Shown here in pieces: positions 17,986 to 28,214 of a stretch of 64,000 nucleotides of DNA; the first letter of the stretch is position 1; each line of letters begins with the position of its first letter. The notes below the pieces were generated by a model that saw only the letters and a list, made by a program, of their open reading frames with translations, was not told where the DNA came from and did not search any database. Origin of the DNA: Gemmatimonadales bacterium (lineage in GTDB: Bacteria; Gemmatimonadota; Gemmatimonadetes; Gemmatimonadales; GWC2-71-9). Where the stretch lies: assembly GCA_965249575.1 (NCBI GenBank), contig OZ252244.1, forward strand, positions 2,560,001 to 2,624,000, given 5' to 3'. A program made the translations under genes and the position numbers.

Positions 17986-18116
17986 CGATTCCGCTCACCA
18001 TCTGCCGACGGTGGACGTCGCCGGTGCTTTCGGTAAAACCGCAGCTCGATGAGAAGGCCCAAGCCAACAGCGCAGACGAGGAGGAGCCAGGCCGTCCAGG
18101 GGAGTCCGGCGATCAC
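17982..18116 (-). CDS. Unannotated 44-aa single-TM peptide coupled to the SSS transporter
   Basis: GTG start, MIAGLPWTAWLLLVCAVGLGLLIELRFYRKHRRRPPSADGERNR*; stop overlaps the symporter ATG (ATGA). Confidence 0.6.
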   Translation of the reverse strand: MIAGLPWTAWLLLVCAVGLGLLIELRFYRKHRRRPPSADGERNR

Positions 18117-18533
18117 GGGCGCTGGCCGGTAGGGTGGACGGACGAGACGACTGGACGGGTGGTCTCCCGTGGCTGATCACCCTTGGCTAGCTCGGACCGA
18201 TCGAGTTGCCGCATCAGCGCGGTGTGCCGCCCGGGTATCCCCCCGCCGGTGTGATGCCGGTCACTAATCCCGGGAGCGAAAATGCCGATAACAGAGGCAT
18301 CCAGAACAAGTGGGATCGGGGACCGATGCGTTGCTTCGTTTGCCGGTGTGCGGCGACGACACATGTAATTCGCGGGGTCAGGGGGGGAGAGGGGGCTCGC
18401 GGGTGGGGCCGCGTGTGTGTGCCGTGCGCCATTCGACATGACATCGACGGTGTGCTGCTATCGCGCCCGAGCGATAGGGAGCTTGCGTACCAACGGGACA
18501 AGGGAGTCGAAGAGTGATGTCAGCGGTGTGTGG

Positions 18534-20012
18534 CTACCACCGGGATATCACCACTCGCTTGTCCGTATAGAAGTCGATCGCGTCCCGTCCCTGCGCTTTG
18601 AGATCGCCGTAGAACGATCCCTTCGACCCGCCGAATGGGAAAAAGGCCATCGGCGCGGCGACACCGATGTTCACGCCGATCATGCTGATCCCGGCCCGGT
18701 ATCTGAACTCCCGCGCGGCGCGCCCACTCGTCGTAAAGATCGACGTGGCGTTGCCGTAGCTGCTTCTGTGGATCACGTCGATGGCGTCGTCGAGCGAATC
18801 CGCGCGGCAGAGGCTGGCGACGGGGCCAAAGATCTCGTCCCGGCCGACGGACATTTCAGGACTTACTGACTCGAATACCGTCGGTGCAAGCCAGTGGCCC
18901 TTGGGGTACTCCGGGACCTTGGCGCCCCGGCCGTCGAGGACGAGCTCGGCTCCCTCCTTCTCGCCTGCCCCGATGAAGTCCAGGACGCGCGCACGATGTC
19001 GCTCGGAGATCAACGGGCCCATATCGACGCCCTGGTCGAGACCCGACCCGATTCGATACGACCTGGCGCCGTCCAGGATCCTCTCCCGGACCGGCTTGTA
19101 GGCATCCCGCACACCTACCACCACGCTTCCGGCTAGGCAGCGCTGCCCGGCGGCGCCGAACGCCGAAGACAACGCCGCCGCGCTCGCGCCGTCCGGATCG
19201 GCATCGGGCAGCACCACGATGTGATTCTTCGCTCCGCCGAGCGCCTGAACCCGCTTGCCGGTTGCCGCTGCTCTGGCGTAGACGAGCCGGGCAATCTGGC
19301 TGGAGCCGACGAAGGAAACTCCCTTGATGTCGGGATGCTCCAACAAGGCCTCCACGCTCTCACGGCCGCCGTGGACAACATTGAGAACTCCAGGAGGCAG
19401 CCCTGCCTGAGAGGCGAGGTCGACGATCCGCTGGTGCGTTATCGGGTCCTGCTCGCTTGGCTTGAGCACGAACGTGTTTCCGGTAGCGACCGCGTAGGGC
19501 CAGAACCACAGCGGAATCATGATCGGGAAGTTGTAGGGGGAGATCGCCGCGAACACGCCGAGCGGCTGGCGGACGGTCTCACAGTCCACTCCCGGGGCGA
19601 CGTCCTCGAGCGTCGCGCCCTGCATGAGGGTTGGGATACCGCACGCATGCTCGACGTTCTCGATGCCGCGCCGGATCTCCCCGCGAGAATCGGCAACGGT
19701 CTTGCCGTTCTCGCGCGTCAAACTGGCCGCGAGGTCATCGAGGTCGTCTTCGAGCAGCATCTTGAGACGAAACAGGACTCGCGCGCGCTCGACCGGCGGA
19801 GTCCGCCGCCACTCGGGGAACGCCCTTGTTGCGGCTGCTACCGCCGCGCCTACATCGCCCGACGTCGAGAGCGGTGTGTGTCCCAGAAGCTCGCCGGTCG
19901 CTGGATCGGCGAGCGGCAATGTGTCCGATGCCGCCGAGTCGATCCAGCGGCCACCGACGAAATTGGGGACCGTCCGTATCTTGGTACCGGACGCTCCGCC
20001 GCTCGTCGACAT
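18534..20012 (-). CDS. mmsA: CoA-acylating methylmalonate-semialdehyde dehydrogenase
   Basis: PYNFP, SFVGSS, ALGGAKNH, GQRCLA, EIFGPV and GVNIGVAAPMAFFPFGG. Confidence 0.93.
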   Translation of the reverse strand: MSTSGGASGTKIRTVPNFVGGRWIDSAASDTLPLADPATGELLGHTPLSTSGDVGAAVAAATRAFPEWRRTPPVERARVLFRLKMLLEDDLDDLAASLTRENGKTVADSRGEIRRGIENVEHACGIPTLMQGATLEDVAPGVDCETVRQPLGVFAAISPYNFPIMIPLWFWPYAVATGNTFVLKPSEQDPITHQRIVDLASQAGLPPGVLNVVHGGRESVEALLEHPDIKGVSFVGSSQIARLVYARAAATGKRVQALGGAKNHIVVLPDADPDGASAAALSSAFGAAGQRCLAGSVVVGVRDAYKPVRERILDGARSYRIGSGLDQGVDMGPLISERHRARVLDFIGAGEKEGAELVLDGRGAKVPEYPKGHWLAPTVFESVSPEMSVGRDEIFGPVASLCRADSLDDAIDVIHRSSYGNATSIFTTSGRAAREFRYRAGISMIGVNIGVAAPMAFFPFGGSKGSFYGDLKAQGRDAIDFYTDKRVVISRW

Positions 20013-20216
20013 CGAGTCTCCTTTTTTTTGGCTCAGACGATCAGACCGGATACTGCAGGGCGCGAGTACCCTCTAGGGTAGCGCGGTCTGCACGTCCTCG
20101 GAAGACCGGGCCCACTTGGTATCGGGCCCGTAAGTGGCAGTTTGTTCGGCGCCGCCTGATGTGCCGCCAGGACGGGACCTGGCGGTCTGCTGCTCACTGT
20201 GTGGTTGTGGCGGGCG

Positions 20217-20552
20217 CTACCGGGATGCGGCCAAACCGCCGAGCACTGCCCCGACGAGCAGAGGTATGACGCTCATCGACGATAGGACTACGGCTCCCAG
20301 CCCGGCCACGAAGGCAAACAGCTGGCCGATGATGGGAATCCAGCCCAGGAGCCCCCCCAGGAAAAACGTCAGGAGTCCAAGGATGAGCCCTGGGAGCACC
20401 ACGGCGACAACGGCCGGGAACACGCCGCCGGCCTTTCTGCCACCTACGAATCCCGCGATCAAGCCACCCAAAACCGGCATCCAGAAGAGGGCCGCGGACA
20501 GCCCGATCATCCACAGCATCGCGCTCGAGATACTGCCGCGTCGTATCGTCAT
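20217..20552 (-). CDS. Small Gly-rich membrane protein (111 aa)
   Basis: GGGGGAG RBS; several hydrophobic segments, GGLIAGFVGG. Confidence 0.75.
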   Translation of the reverse strand: MTIRRGSISSAMLWMIGLSAALFWMPVLGGLIAGFVGGRKAGGVFPAVVAVVLPGLILGLLTFFLGGLLGWIPIIGQLFAFVAGLGAVVLSSMSVIPLLVGAVLGGLAASR

Positions 20553-20714
20553 GGCTCCCCCTGCTCGCGCGCCCTCGGTGGACTGCGGACGGCCCCTCCG
20601 GCCACCCTCGCGATCCCTACGCAGAAGATGCCGCTGGGTTTCGTTTCGGGGGAAAACGTCAGGTAACGGGAGGGCAGGGACTCGAGATGACAGGAGCACC
20701 GTCGGGACGCGGTG

Positions 20715-23700
20715 TTACGGTCGACCGCGATATCGCTCGTACAGCGTTTGGTGCTTGTTTTCGACACCGGTCGGCTCCCCGTTGACGAACACGTGCACGA
20801 TCCGCGTCCGTATGTCCAGCGGGTCGCCGTCCGTCACTACGAGGTTGGCGATCTTGCCGACTTCGAGCGTTCCCAAACGATCGGCAACGCCAAAGATCTC
20901 GGCGGGGTGGATCGTGACCGAGCGGAGGGCTTCTTCATGCGGTAGTCCGTAGGGCACCGCATTCCCGGCCTCGTACGGGAGCGTCCGCGGCCCGGATGTC
21001 CCCCCGCCAAAGGACCCGAAAGCGATCTTCACCCCCGCAGCGTGGAGCTTCCCGGGCCCCGAGAGCGGTTCGTCGTAGGCCTCGTCCTCTGCGCTCGGAA
21101 GGGCCTGGGTGGCTCCGAGAATGACCGGCACGTTCTTCTCCGCCAGGCCCTCCCTGACCTTCCACGCGTCGCGCCCCTCCGCAAGAATCATTCGGAGGCC
21201 CTCCCGCTCGGCGAAGGCCAGTGCGTCCTCGATGTCACGTTTGGCATTGGCCACGATCAGGACCGGGAGGGTGCCCCTTACGACCGGGGAGAGGGCTTCC
21301 AACTTCAGGTCCCGGTCCACTCTCGCCTGTGCCGCGCCGGTCTGGGCCTGATCGTAGTGCCGTGCTGCCTCCAGCCGCCGCTCGAGGGTGGCGATCGCCT
21401 CGGCGTGGCGCTTCCGCGCCCTGGCGAGCGTGGTGTCGGAGGCGCCGGGTGCCGTGATGTTGGATTCCCTGATGGGCCGGCTGGGCCAGATGAGGACCAT
21501 GCCGACCGACGGCTCCACCAGCATCTCCTCGACCGTCCAACCGTACAGGTGCACAAGCGAAGCCTGTCCGGCCAGGCTCCCACTCCCGCCCGTCGGGGCG
21601 GTCACTGCGTGTGTGATTCCGTTCGCGCGGGTAACGGGTATGTGCTCGCTGGCGGGGTGCACCGCGGTAGCGGCCACAAGCTGCGGATTGAAATCACCAA
21701 GCTCGCTCTCGTCTACCGTTTGGGCGACGCTCCTGATCTCGGTCAATCCGAGCCGGCTCACGGCGTCGAATAGTCCCGGATAGGCATGGAGTCCGGTGGC
21801 GTCGATGATTTCGGCCCCCGGTGGAATCGGGATCCCGCGGCCCACCGCGACGATCCGCCCGTTCCGAATGATCACCGTCCCCGAGTCGATCGCCGAACCG
21901 GCCAGCGTATGGATCGTTGCGCCGTGAATCGCCTGAGTCGCCGGAACGCTTTGTCCCCAGGCTCCCGGCCCGAGGAGGGCGGAAACCACCACGAGCGACG
22001 AGACGCGACGGTCGATCATCGGGGGGGCTCCGCACGGGAGACGCCACCGGAGGCTGACGCACTGGTCACCGGTTTCGCCTTCGTCCGCTCGTGGTCGAGC
22101 TTCTTGTAGTAGTGCCTTTTTCTCGTCTTCGAGCGCGCCACGGCGAATGACGTCCTGCCCCCGGTCGAAATACAGTCCTCCGTCAATGAACGTTTTTTGG
22201 ACGACCGCGTAGATGCTCAGGGGATGCCTGTCGAAAATGACGAGATCCGCGTCCTTCCCCACCTCGATCGAGCCCACGCGATCGTCGATGCCGAGCTGCT
22301 TCGCGGGATTCAACGTGACGAGTTTGAGGGCTTCCGTCTCCGACATGCCGCCCCACTTCACGGCCTTTGCGGCCTCCTGATTCAGGTGCCGCATCTCCTC
22401 GCGGCTATCCGAGTTGATCGAGACGACCACGCCCTTCTCCGTCATCAAAGCCGCGTTGTACGGAATGGCGTCGTACATTTCCATCTTGAATGCCCACCAG
22501 TCGGAAAAGGTCGAGGCTCCAGCTCCGTGCTCGGCGATCTCGCGCGCCACCTTGTAGCCCTCGAGGACGTGTTGGAAGGTGGCGACCTTGAAGCCGAGCT
22601 CCTCGGCCAGGCGAGTGAGCTGCAGGATTTCGTCGGCCCGGTAGGAGTGGGCGTGCACCAGGCGACTTCCCTCGAGCACCTCGACGAGCGTCTCGAGTTT
22701 CAGGTCTCGCCGGGGGCGGATCAGCGGAGCGTCCCCCCGGGCGCGCCGGCGCTCGTGTTCCCGCCAATCCGCGCGGTATGTCTCCGCCTCGAGGAACGCT
22801 TGCCGGATCACATCCAGCACGCCCATGCGGGTCGCTGGATATCGCGGCGGCGTCCGGCTTCGCTTTGGGTTTTCACCGAGCGCGAACTTGATCCCCGGCG
22901 GCGCGCCCTCGAACAGGAGCCCCCTGGCGTTCTCTCCCCAACGGAGTTTGATGACCGCGTTCTTTCCGCCGATGGGGTTGGAGCTGCCATGGAGAACGTT
23001 TGCCGTCGTTACACCGCCCGCGATCGCACGGTAGATGGCGATTTCATCGGGGTTCAAGACGTCTTCGATGCCCACCATGGCGGAGACCGCCGTCGTTCCT
23101 TCGTTGACGGCATCGGCGATGTGCGAGTGGGCGTCGATGATCCCGGGCATGACGTACTGACCCGCGGCATCGATGATGGTCGCTCCGGCAGGGACGGTGA
23201 TGTCCCGACCTACGGCCCCGATCTTTCCGTCCCGAATGAGAACTGATCCCCCGTCGATGGTTCCGTTCGATACCGTGAGGATCGTCGCGTTCCGAATGAC
23301 CGTGACGGGCGGGCTCTGCAGCGGCCCGCGGTCGACCACGGCGGGCACACTCGGCCCGCGAGTCGGACGCTTGGGAGCCGGTGGCGTGCCGCTTCCTTCC
23401 GTTTCCTGGGACGCTGGAGCGTCGTATTTGCGCCCGTCTACGAATACCATCCGGACCGTCGTCCCGTCCGCGAACAGGTCGCCATCCGTTACCAAGATGT
23501 TGGCGATCTTTCCGCGTTCCAGGCTTCCAAGGCGGTCCGCAACCCCGTAGATGTCAGCGGCGCCGAGGGTCATGGCGTGGACCGCGGCATCGCGCGGGAG
23601 CCCGGCGTCTATCGCGAGCTGCGCGTTCCGTAGCGCCTCTTCGGGATCGGTGATGCCATCCGTGTAAAAGCCGAATCGAACCCCCGATCGGTGCAGGGCG

Positions 23701-24731
23701 GCCGGTGTCGACGGAGCGCGGTCCCAGAAACGCAGTCGGCGGAGGGGATCGTCCGTCTCCGGGTCGGGCGTGTCGACCAAGCTGGGCCACTCGAGGCTCA
23801 CAAGGACCGCGGCCTCGCTCGATGCTAGCGCGTCAGGTACCTCGTAGGCTTGCTGGGCGCCGTAGAGGACGGTGTTCGCGCCCACCTCGTTTCCGAGCCG
23901 AATTGCGCGATGAATCTCCCGGGCCCAGGTCGCCGGGAACAAGACGGGGTGCCCTTCGTCGATCGCGGTGCGGAGGGGCTCCAGTGCCCGATCGTATTCG
24001 GGCCGCTCCAGCCCCCGCGGTGAGGCGTCGTATACCGACCGGGCATGGGCGTAATGCGCGGCATCGAGAAAGAGTTGCCGCACATATGCGATCGCTCCCA
24101 TGAGCGAGCCGGGGAATCCCTGGTATCGATCGCCTCTGGACAGATTGATCCGGAGCGCGACTGGCGTCTTCACGATCATCTCGCCCGATCTCGTGCCCGC
24201 CAGATTGATGAGAGCGGCCTGTCCGGGGAAGATCCCCTCACTCGGTGAAATGACGGCGGAGGTGAACCCCGCCTCACGCCAACGCCGGATGCGTTCGTCA
24301 CCGATATCAAAATCATCTGCCGCGTTCACCCAGGATGTGGTGGCGGGTCGGTCTTCCGGCCCTCTCGAATACGCTTTGGGGGCGACGTGGACGTTCGCGT
24401 CGTCATTCCCTGGGTTGCCGAGCGAGGTGAGGGCGTCGATCAGGCCGGGGTACACGGTGAGACCGTTGCCGTCGATCACCCAGGCCTCGGGCGGTATCGC
24501 CGCTTCTGGTCCGACCGCGGCGATCACTCCCCCCGATAGGACAATCGTCCCCCGGGGAATGGTCGCCCCCGACACGGTGACGATTCGGGCGTTCCGGATG
24601 GCAAAATAGCGGGGGTGCTCAGGTTCCTGCGCTGCACAAGTTTCCGGTGCCGTCGGAAGGATCGCCGTGGCGAGCAATATCGGGAGAGGGGTAGTCCAGC
24701 CCCGGAAATTGAAACTTATCGGCGTCATCAC
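20715..24731 (-). CDS. Secreted amidohydrolase-family protein with three modules (probably two genes fused near 22020)
   Basis: Three copies of (A/V)I(R/H)xAxI..PG(L/I)xDA..G(S/T)(L/I)ExGKxA(N/D); internal GGAG+ATG+signal peptide at 22019. Confidence 0.85.
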   Translation of the reverse strand: MMTPISFNFRGWTTPLPILLATAILPTAPETCAAQEPEHPRYFAIRNARIVTVSGATIPRGTIVLSGGVIAAVGPEAAIPPEAWVIDGNGLTVYPGLIDALTSLGNPGNDDANVHVAPKAYSRGPEDRPATTSWVNAADDFDIGDERIRRWREAGFTSAVISPSEGIFPGQAALINLAGTRSGEMIVKTPVALRINLSRGDRYQGFPGSLMGAIAYVRQLFLDAAHYAHARSVYDASPRGLERPEYDRALEPLRTAIDEGHPVLFPATWAREIHRAIRLGNEVGANTVLYGAQQAYEVPDALASSEAAVLVSLEWPSLVDTPDPETDDPLRRLRFWDRAPSTPAALHRSGVRFGFYTDGITDPEEALRNAQLAIDAGLPRDAAVHAMTLGAADIYGVADRLGSLERGKIANILVTDGDLFADGTTVRMVFVDGRKYDAPASQETEGSGTPPAPKRPTRGPSVPAVVDRGPLQSPPVTVIRNATILTVSNGTIDGGSVLIRDGKIGAVGRDITVPAGATIIDAAGQYVMPGIIDAHSHIADAVNEGTTAVSAMVGIEDVLNPDEIAIYRAIAGGVTTANVLHGSSNPIGGKNAVIKLRWGENARGLLFEGAPPGIKFALGENPKRSRTPPRYPATRMGVLDVIRQAFLEAETYRADWREHERRRARGDAPLIRPRRDLKLETLVEVLEGSRLVHAHSYRADEILQLTRLAEELGFKVATFQHVLEGYKVAREIAEHGAGASTFSDWWAFKMEMYDAIPYNAALMTEKGVVVSINSDSREEMRHLNQEAAKAVKWGGMSETEALKLVTLNPAKQLGIDDRVGSIEVGKDADLVIFDRHPLSIYAVVQKTFIDGGLYFDRGQDVIRRGALEDEKKALLQEARPRADEGETGDQCVSLRWRLPCGAPPMIDRRVSSLVVVSALLGPGAWGQSVPATQAIHGATIHTLAGSAIDSGTVIIRNGRIVAVGRGIPIPPGAEIIDATGLHAYPGLFDAVSRLGLTEIRSVAQTVDESELGDFNPQLVAATAVHPASEHIPVTRANGITHAVTAPTGGSGSLAGQASLVHLYGWTVEEMLVEPSVGMVLIWPSRPIRESNITAPGASDTTLARARKRHAEAIATLERRLEAARHYDQAQTGAAQARVDRDLKLEALSPVVRGTLPVLIVANAKRDIEDALAFAEREGLRMILAEGRDAWKVREGLAEKNVPVILGATQALPSAEDEAYDEPLSGPGKLHAAGVKIAFGSFGGGTSGPRTLPYEAGNAVPYGLPHEEALRSVTIHPAEIFGVADRLGTLEVGKIANLVVTDGDPLDIRTRIVHVFVNGEPTGVENKHQTLYERYRGRP

Positions 24732-24919
24732 GACTCCCCTATTCCCAACCTGCTGGACGCGGTCGAAATCGGTCGTTTGCTGGGAGCCTGCCCCGGCGAC
24801 GGTTAAAACTGTCCGGATTGAGGCCCTGGCGCCAGCCGGATGTTGCTAGCCGCTTTCCTCGGGGCAAGGTGGTGTCACTTGACATGGCCGCAAGCAGGCC
24901 CGTTCATGACGCTGTGTCC

Positions 24920-25966
24920 ATGCAGTACACTCATTCAACCATCGCAGCGGGATTGTCGCGTGCGTTCTGGTTGGCGCACGTCGTAGCGGTGCTGTCTGCA
25001 GCCGATTGTGTAGCGACCGCGGCGCAGCGCTTCGACTCACTGTACGGCGATTCGACACTCGTTCGCTGGCGGCCGGTCTACTCCGAAAACGTGCGGTGGA
25101 ATCTGGAGAACGTGGTACTCCGGGTGTTAACGCCCGATGAGCGAGAAGGAGCAGGTCGGGTACGAATCCGGTTCCCACTTCGTGCCGGTTCCCCCGACCC
25201 CGTGGGGCACTCCAGCGACACCTCCGGCGTTATCTCGATTTCGGTGCTGTCACTCCGATTTTTGCACGACCTCGCGGTCGCGCACGCGTGGCTGGCAGAC
25301 AATCGTTATTCCACGAGCTCGGTCACCGATTATCTCACGGCGCTCAAATACCGATCACCGGCGGAATTCCCGGAAGGGCGCTATCTGCCACCATTGCCCG
25401 CTCTGGGTGTTCCGGCCATTGCCCGGGGACGTGCATCAGTCAGCGAGGCGTCGGATAGGACCCTGAAAGGGGCGTTGGTCTTCGTCTTGGCCCACGAAGT
25501 CGGGCACCTGCGAGACCGGGGACGAGCAACGGCGGGGCACGGGCAGGTTGACCCCCGCGCGCGAGAAGCGGCCGCAGACAGTTTCGCGCTCTCGGTGTTT
25601 CGTCGATTGGGGGTGGCGCCCTTTGGCTTGTCGCTACTCTTTCGGGCCTCCGTGTTGCTGGCCTCCCACCGAGGCGACTTCGAGTCCGATAGCCTCTGGC
25701 TCGAGCATTACCAGCGAGAGACGAACCACCTGATCAGCCGGGCCCGATTGGACGGGCTGGCCCATATGCTCCTGGACGATCCCACGGCATTCGCGCAGCG
25801 TGAGCCTCGCTTTCGGGTCGGCGTCCAGGCGGTTCGCGACGTCGCCGACGAACTATTGGAAATCAGTGGGCGGATCGACGAGTCGGGCGCACGAAGGTCG
25901 CTGATGATGGGCGGACGCGAGATCGCTCTTCCGCCCTTCGAGCTGCGACCAGTTGGCACCCCCTGA
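24920..25966 (+). CDS. Putative secreted zinc metallopeptidase (HExxH)
   Basis: FVLAHEVGH plus REAAAD; signal-like N-terminus. Confidence 0.6.
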   Translation: MQYTHSTIAAGLSRAFWLAHVVAVLSAADCVATAAQRFDSLYGDSTLVRWRPVYSENVRWNLENVVLRVLTPDEREGAGRVRIRFPLRAGSPDPVGHSSDTSGVISISVLSLRFLHDLAVAHAWLADNRYSTSSVTDYLTALKYRSPAEFPEGRYLPPLPALGVPAIARGRASVSEASDRTLKGALVFVLAHEVGHLRDRGRATAGHGQVDPRAREAAADSFALSVFRRLGVAPFGLSLLFRASVLLASHRGDFESDSLWLEHYQRETNHLISRARLDGLAHMLLDDPTAFAQREPRFRVGVQAVRDVADELLEISGRIDESGARRSLMMGGREIALPPFELRPVGTP

Positions 25967-25969
25967 TCC

Positions 25970-26362
25970 GGATCGTTCGCCCGGATAGGGTTCGTGAAAT
26001 ACGTCGTGCGCCGTGTTGAATATCAGCGTCCACTGCTCCGGATCGGGAATCGCCCAGATGCTGTAGGAACCGGCGGGAAGCGGGGCTCCATCGATCAGGA
26101 CGTCCCGGCTGAAGGAAATTCTGGTGGCCTCGTCCGCGCCGGGGTTCCAGATTCTCCCGTGCTTCACGATTCCTCCGAACAACTCGCGTCCTCTCGCGAC
26201 AGGCCGGTTGTACACAATCGTGATCTCGGTCTGCCCGACCATCTGCATGAGCATTGCCGGCTGGCTTTTTCGTGTTCTCCCGCCCTGGATCACACCATCG
26301 CAGGCCGTAAGGACGAGTATTGCTGAGAGGATGGTGGACGTGACTACGGAGCGTCCGGGCAT
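25970..26362 (-). pseudogene. DUF2911-domain protein, 3'-truncated
   Basis: ITIVYNRPVARGRELFG, WNPGADEAT and LPAGSYSIWAIP; similarity stops after HEPYPGE and the ORF runs into the opposite gene. Confidence 0.7.
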
Positions 26363-26493
26363 CTTCGGGATATCTCCTGGGCCAGAAATGGCTAGCGTTG
26401 TTATCCAACTAAAACTGTTGACTGGGACGGAAAGTTCCGGCAGGCGGCGCTGCTCTCGCCCTGTCGTGAAAGAGGGCTTGCGCTGACAAACGA

Positions 26494-26712
26494 ATGGGAA
26501 CCATCAAGGAGGACCTAGCGCAACCGGGCATTGACCTGGTCGAGACCCACATCTCGTGGGTTTTTCTGGCCATGAACGAGGTGTGGAAGGTCAAGAAGCC
26601 GGTTTCGCTCGGGTTCTTGAACTTCAGCACGCCTGACCGTCGCCGGAGGGCTTGTGAGGCGGAGATAAGACTCAACCGCCGCGCGCATTGCCCTTCTGGC
26701 CGGCGGGCCTGA
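26494..26712 (+). pseudogene. N-terminal fragment of an APH-like kinase/AAA bifunctional protein
   Basis: ETHISWVFL..KVKKPV.LGFLNFST..RACEAEIRLNRR, then an abrupt end. Confidence 0.8.
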
Positions 26713-26816
26713 CGAACTGAAGCGGCTGCTCAACTTACGGCGGCTTGCTGCCAGCGGGGGCTCGTTTGATGGGCGCGCCTGCGGCAGGAGGTGCACACAT
26801 CTTCCCAGGAGATCCA

Positions 26817-27680
26817 ATGGTTTCATTGTCCAAGCGAGCCAGGCGCAGCATGGCGGTGTTGATTGTGCTGACGTTCGTCGGTTGCGGGACAGACCGTTCG
26901 GCGGAGTTGCAGGAGTCCCGAGCGGTCGCGTACGACCCGACCCAAGCCGGAGCGCTCCCCCAGGTAATTCTCGGAGCGGCACCTGCTCCCCGAGGGACCG
27001 ATTTCCGTTATGTGCCAAACGATTCCACGACCCGGGGTTACCTCGCGGTTCCCGGTGGGGAGGGCCCGTTCCCGGCGGTGGTGCTCATTCATGAATGGAA
27101 CGGCCTCGTCGACCGGATTCGGCAGATGGCCGACGCCTTCGCGGCGGAGGGTTACGTGGCCCTCGCGGCCGATCTGTACGCGGGCCGCACCGGCAGCAAC
27201 CGGGCAGAGAACATGGCGCTGGTGCGCGAGGCCCGAGCGGATTCAGCAGGCGTTATCGAGAACCTGGATGCGGCGGTGAAGTCCCTGCGCGCCCGGGATG
27301 ACGTCTCTGGGAAGGTGGCCACGATAGGGTGGTGTTTCGGGGGCGGGATGGCACTGAGCTACGCGTTGGGCGGCGGGAATCATGACGGAACGGCCATCTT
27401 TTACGGATCCCTAGTTGAAGATCCAGACCTCCTTTCCAGGATTCAGCACGAAGTGTATGGCACCTTCGCAGCGCTCGATCAGGGGATCCCGGCGGATCAG
27501 GTCGAGCGATTTGCACAAACGCTCCGCCGGATTGACATCCCGAACGACATTCACATCTACGACGACGTGAATCACGGCTTCTGGCTGCGCGTCGACGACG
27601 ATCCGAGCGCGCGAACCGCTCCGGCCCTCGACGCATGGGAACGACTCAAGGCCTATTTGGACCGGACGCTGGGGGGCTGA
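26817..27680 (+). CDS. Dienelactone hydrolase family lipoprotein
   Basis: HEWNGL, GWCFGG nucleophile motif, HGF; lipobox FVGC. Confidence 0.9.
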   Translation: MVSLSKRARRSMAVLIVLTFVGCGTDRSAELQESRAVAYDPTQAGALPQVILGAAPAPRGTDFRYVPNDSTTRGYLAVPGGEGPFPAVVLIHEWNGLVDRIRQMADAFAAEGYVALAADLYAGRTGSNRAENMALVREARADSAGVIENLDAAVKSLRARDDVSGKVATIGWCFGGGMALSYALGGGNHDGTAIFYGSLVEDPDLLSRIQHEVYGTFAALDQGIPADQVERFAQTLRRIDIPNDIHIYDDVNHGFWLRVDDDPSARTAPALDAWERLKAYLDRTLGG

Positions 27681-28212
27681 CGGCTTCAGGGTCGGCCACC
27701 GACCGCGCGTCAGAATCGGGTACTGCATCGGTGAACAGATTGGGAAAGACGGGCGGCGAGAACTCGCGAGCCTCCCCGTGAGCTATGGCCCATCCTAGAT
27801 GCGCGGACCAACCGAGCGTGTAGGTCGTGGCGATCGTGGCGATCGTGGCGGCGAGGAGGGTCCATCGCAGCCATGCCGATGGAGATTCGCCCTGGAGGAA
27901 TTGAAGGAGGGCCTGCGTGGCGGCGGCACCGAGAACGATCAGCCCAACGAACGCGGCCCTGCTCACCACGGCGTGGGCTTCTACATACGGGTTGTTGCGA
28001 CCGAGGTCGCCTTCGAGCAGCTCAAAAGCCGGCTGTCCGGAATGGTACGCGACTCCGCCGAGGAGCGCGCACCCAACGAGTGACGCATAGCCCAAACGGA
28101 GGAGCTGCTCTGCTCTGAGCACCTGCCCGAGGAGCAGCAGCGCCAGCGACCCGACACAGCCGACGACGCGTGCATGGACGATCACGAGGTGGACGTGGGC
28201 GGAGTTCACCAC
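27646..28212 (-). CDS. Membrane protein (DUF2231-like)
   Basis: NSAHVHLVIVH start, four TM segments, His-containing motifs (EAH, AHLG.AIAH). Confidence 0.65.
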   Translation of the reverse strand: MVNSAHVHLVIVHARVVGCVGSLALLLLGQVLRAEQLLRLGYASLVGCALLGGVAYHSGQPAFELLEGDLGRNNPYVEAHAVVSRAAFVGLIVLGAAATQALLQFLQGESPSAWLRWTLLAATIATIATTYTLGWSAHLGWAIAHGEAREFSPPVFPNLFTDAVPDSDARSVADPEAVSPPASGPNRP

Positions 28213-28214
28213 CT

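Noticed and set aside
18117..18533. Protein-coding ORFs of 95-108 aa between the small peptide gene and mmsA
   Set aside because: They overlap each other on both strands with no motifs or clear RBS; treated as intergenic or an unidentifiable remnant
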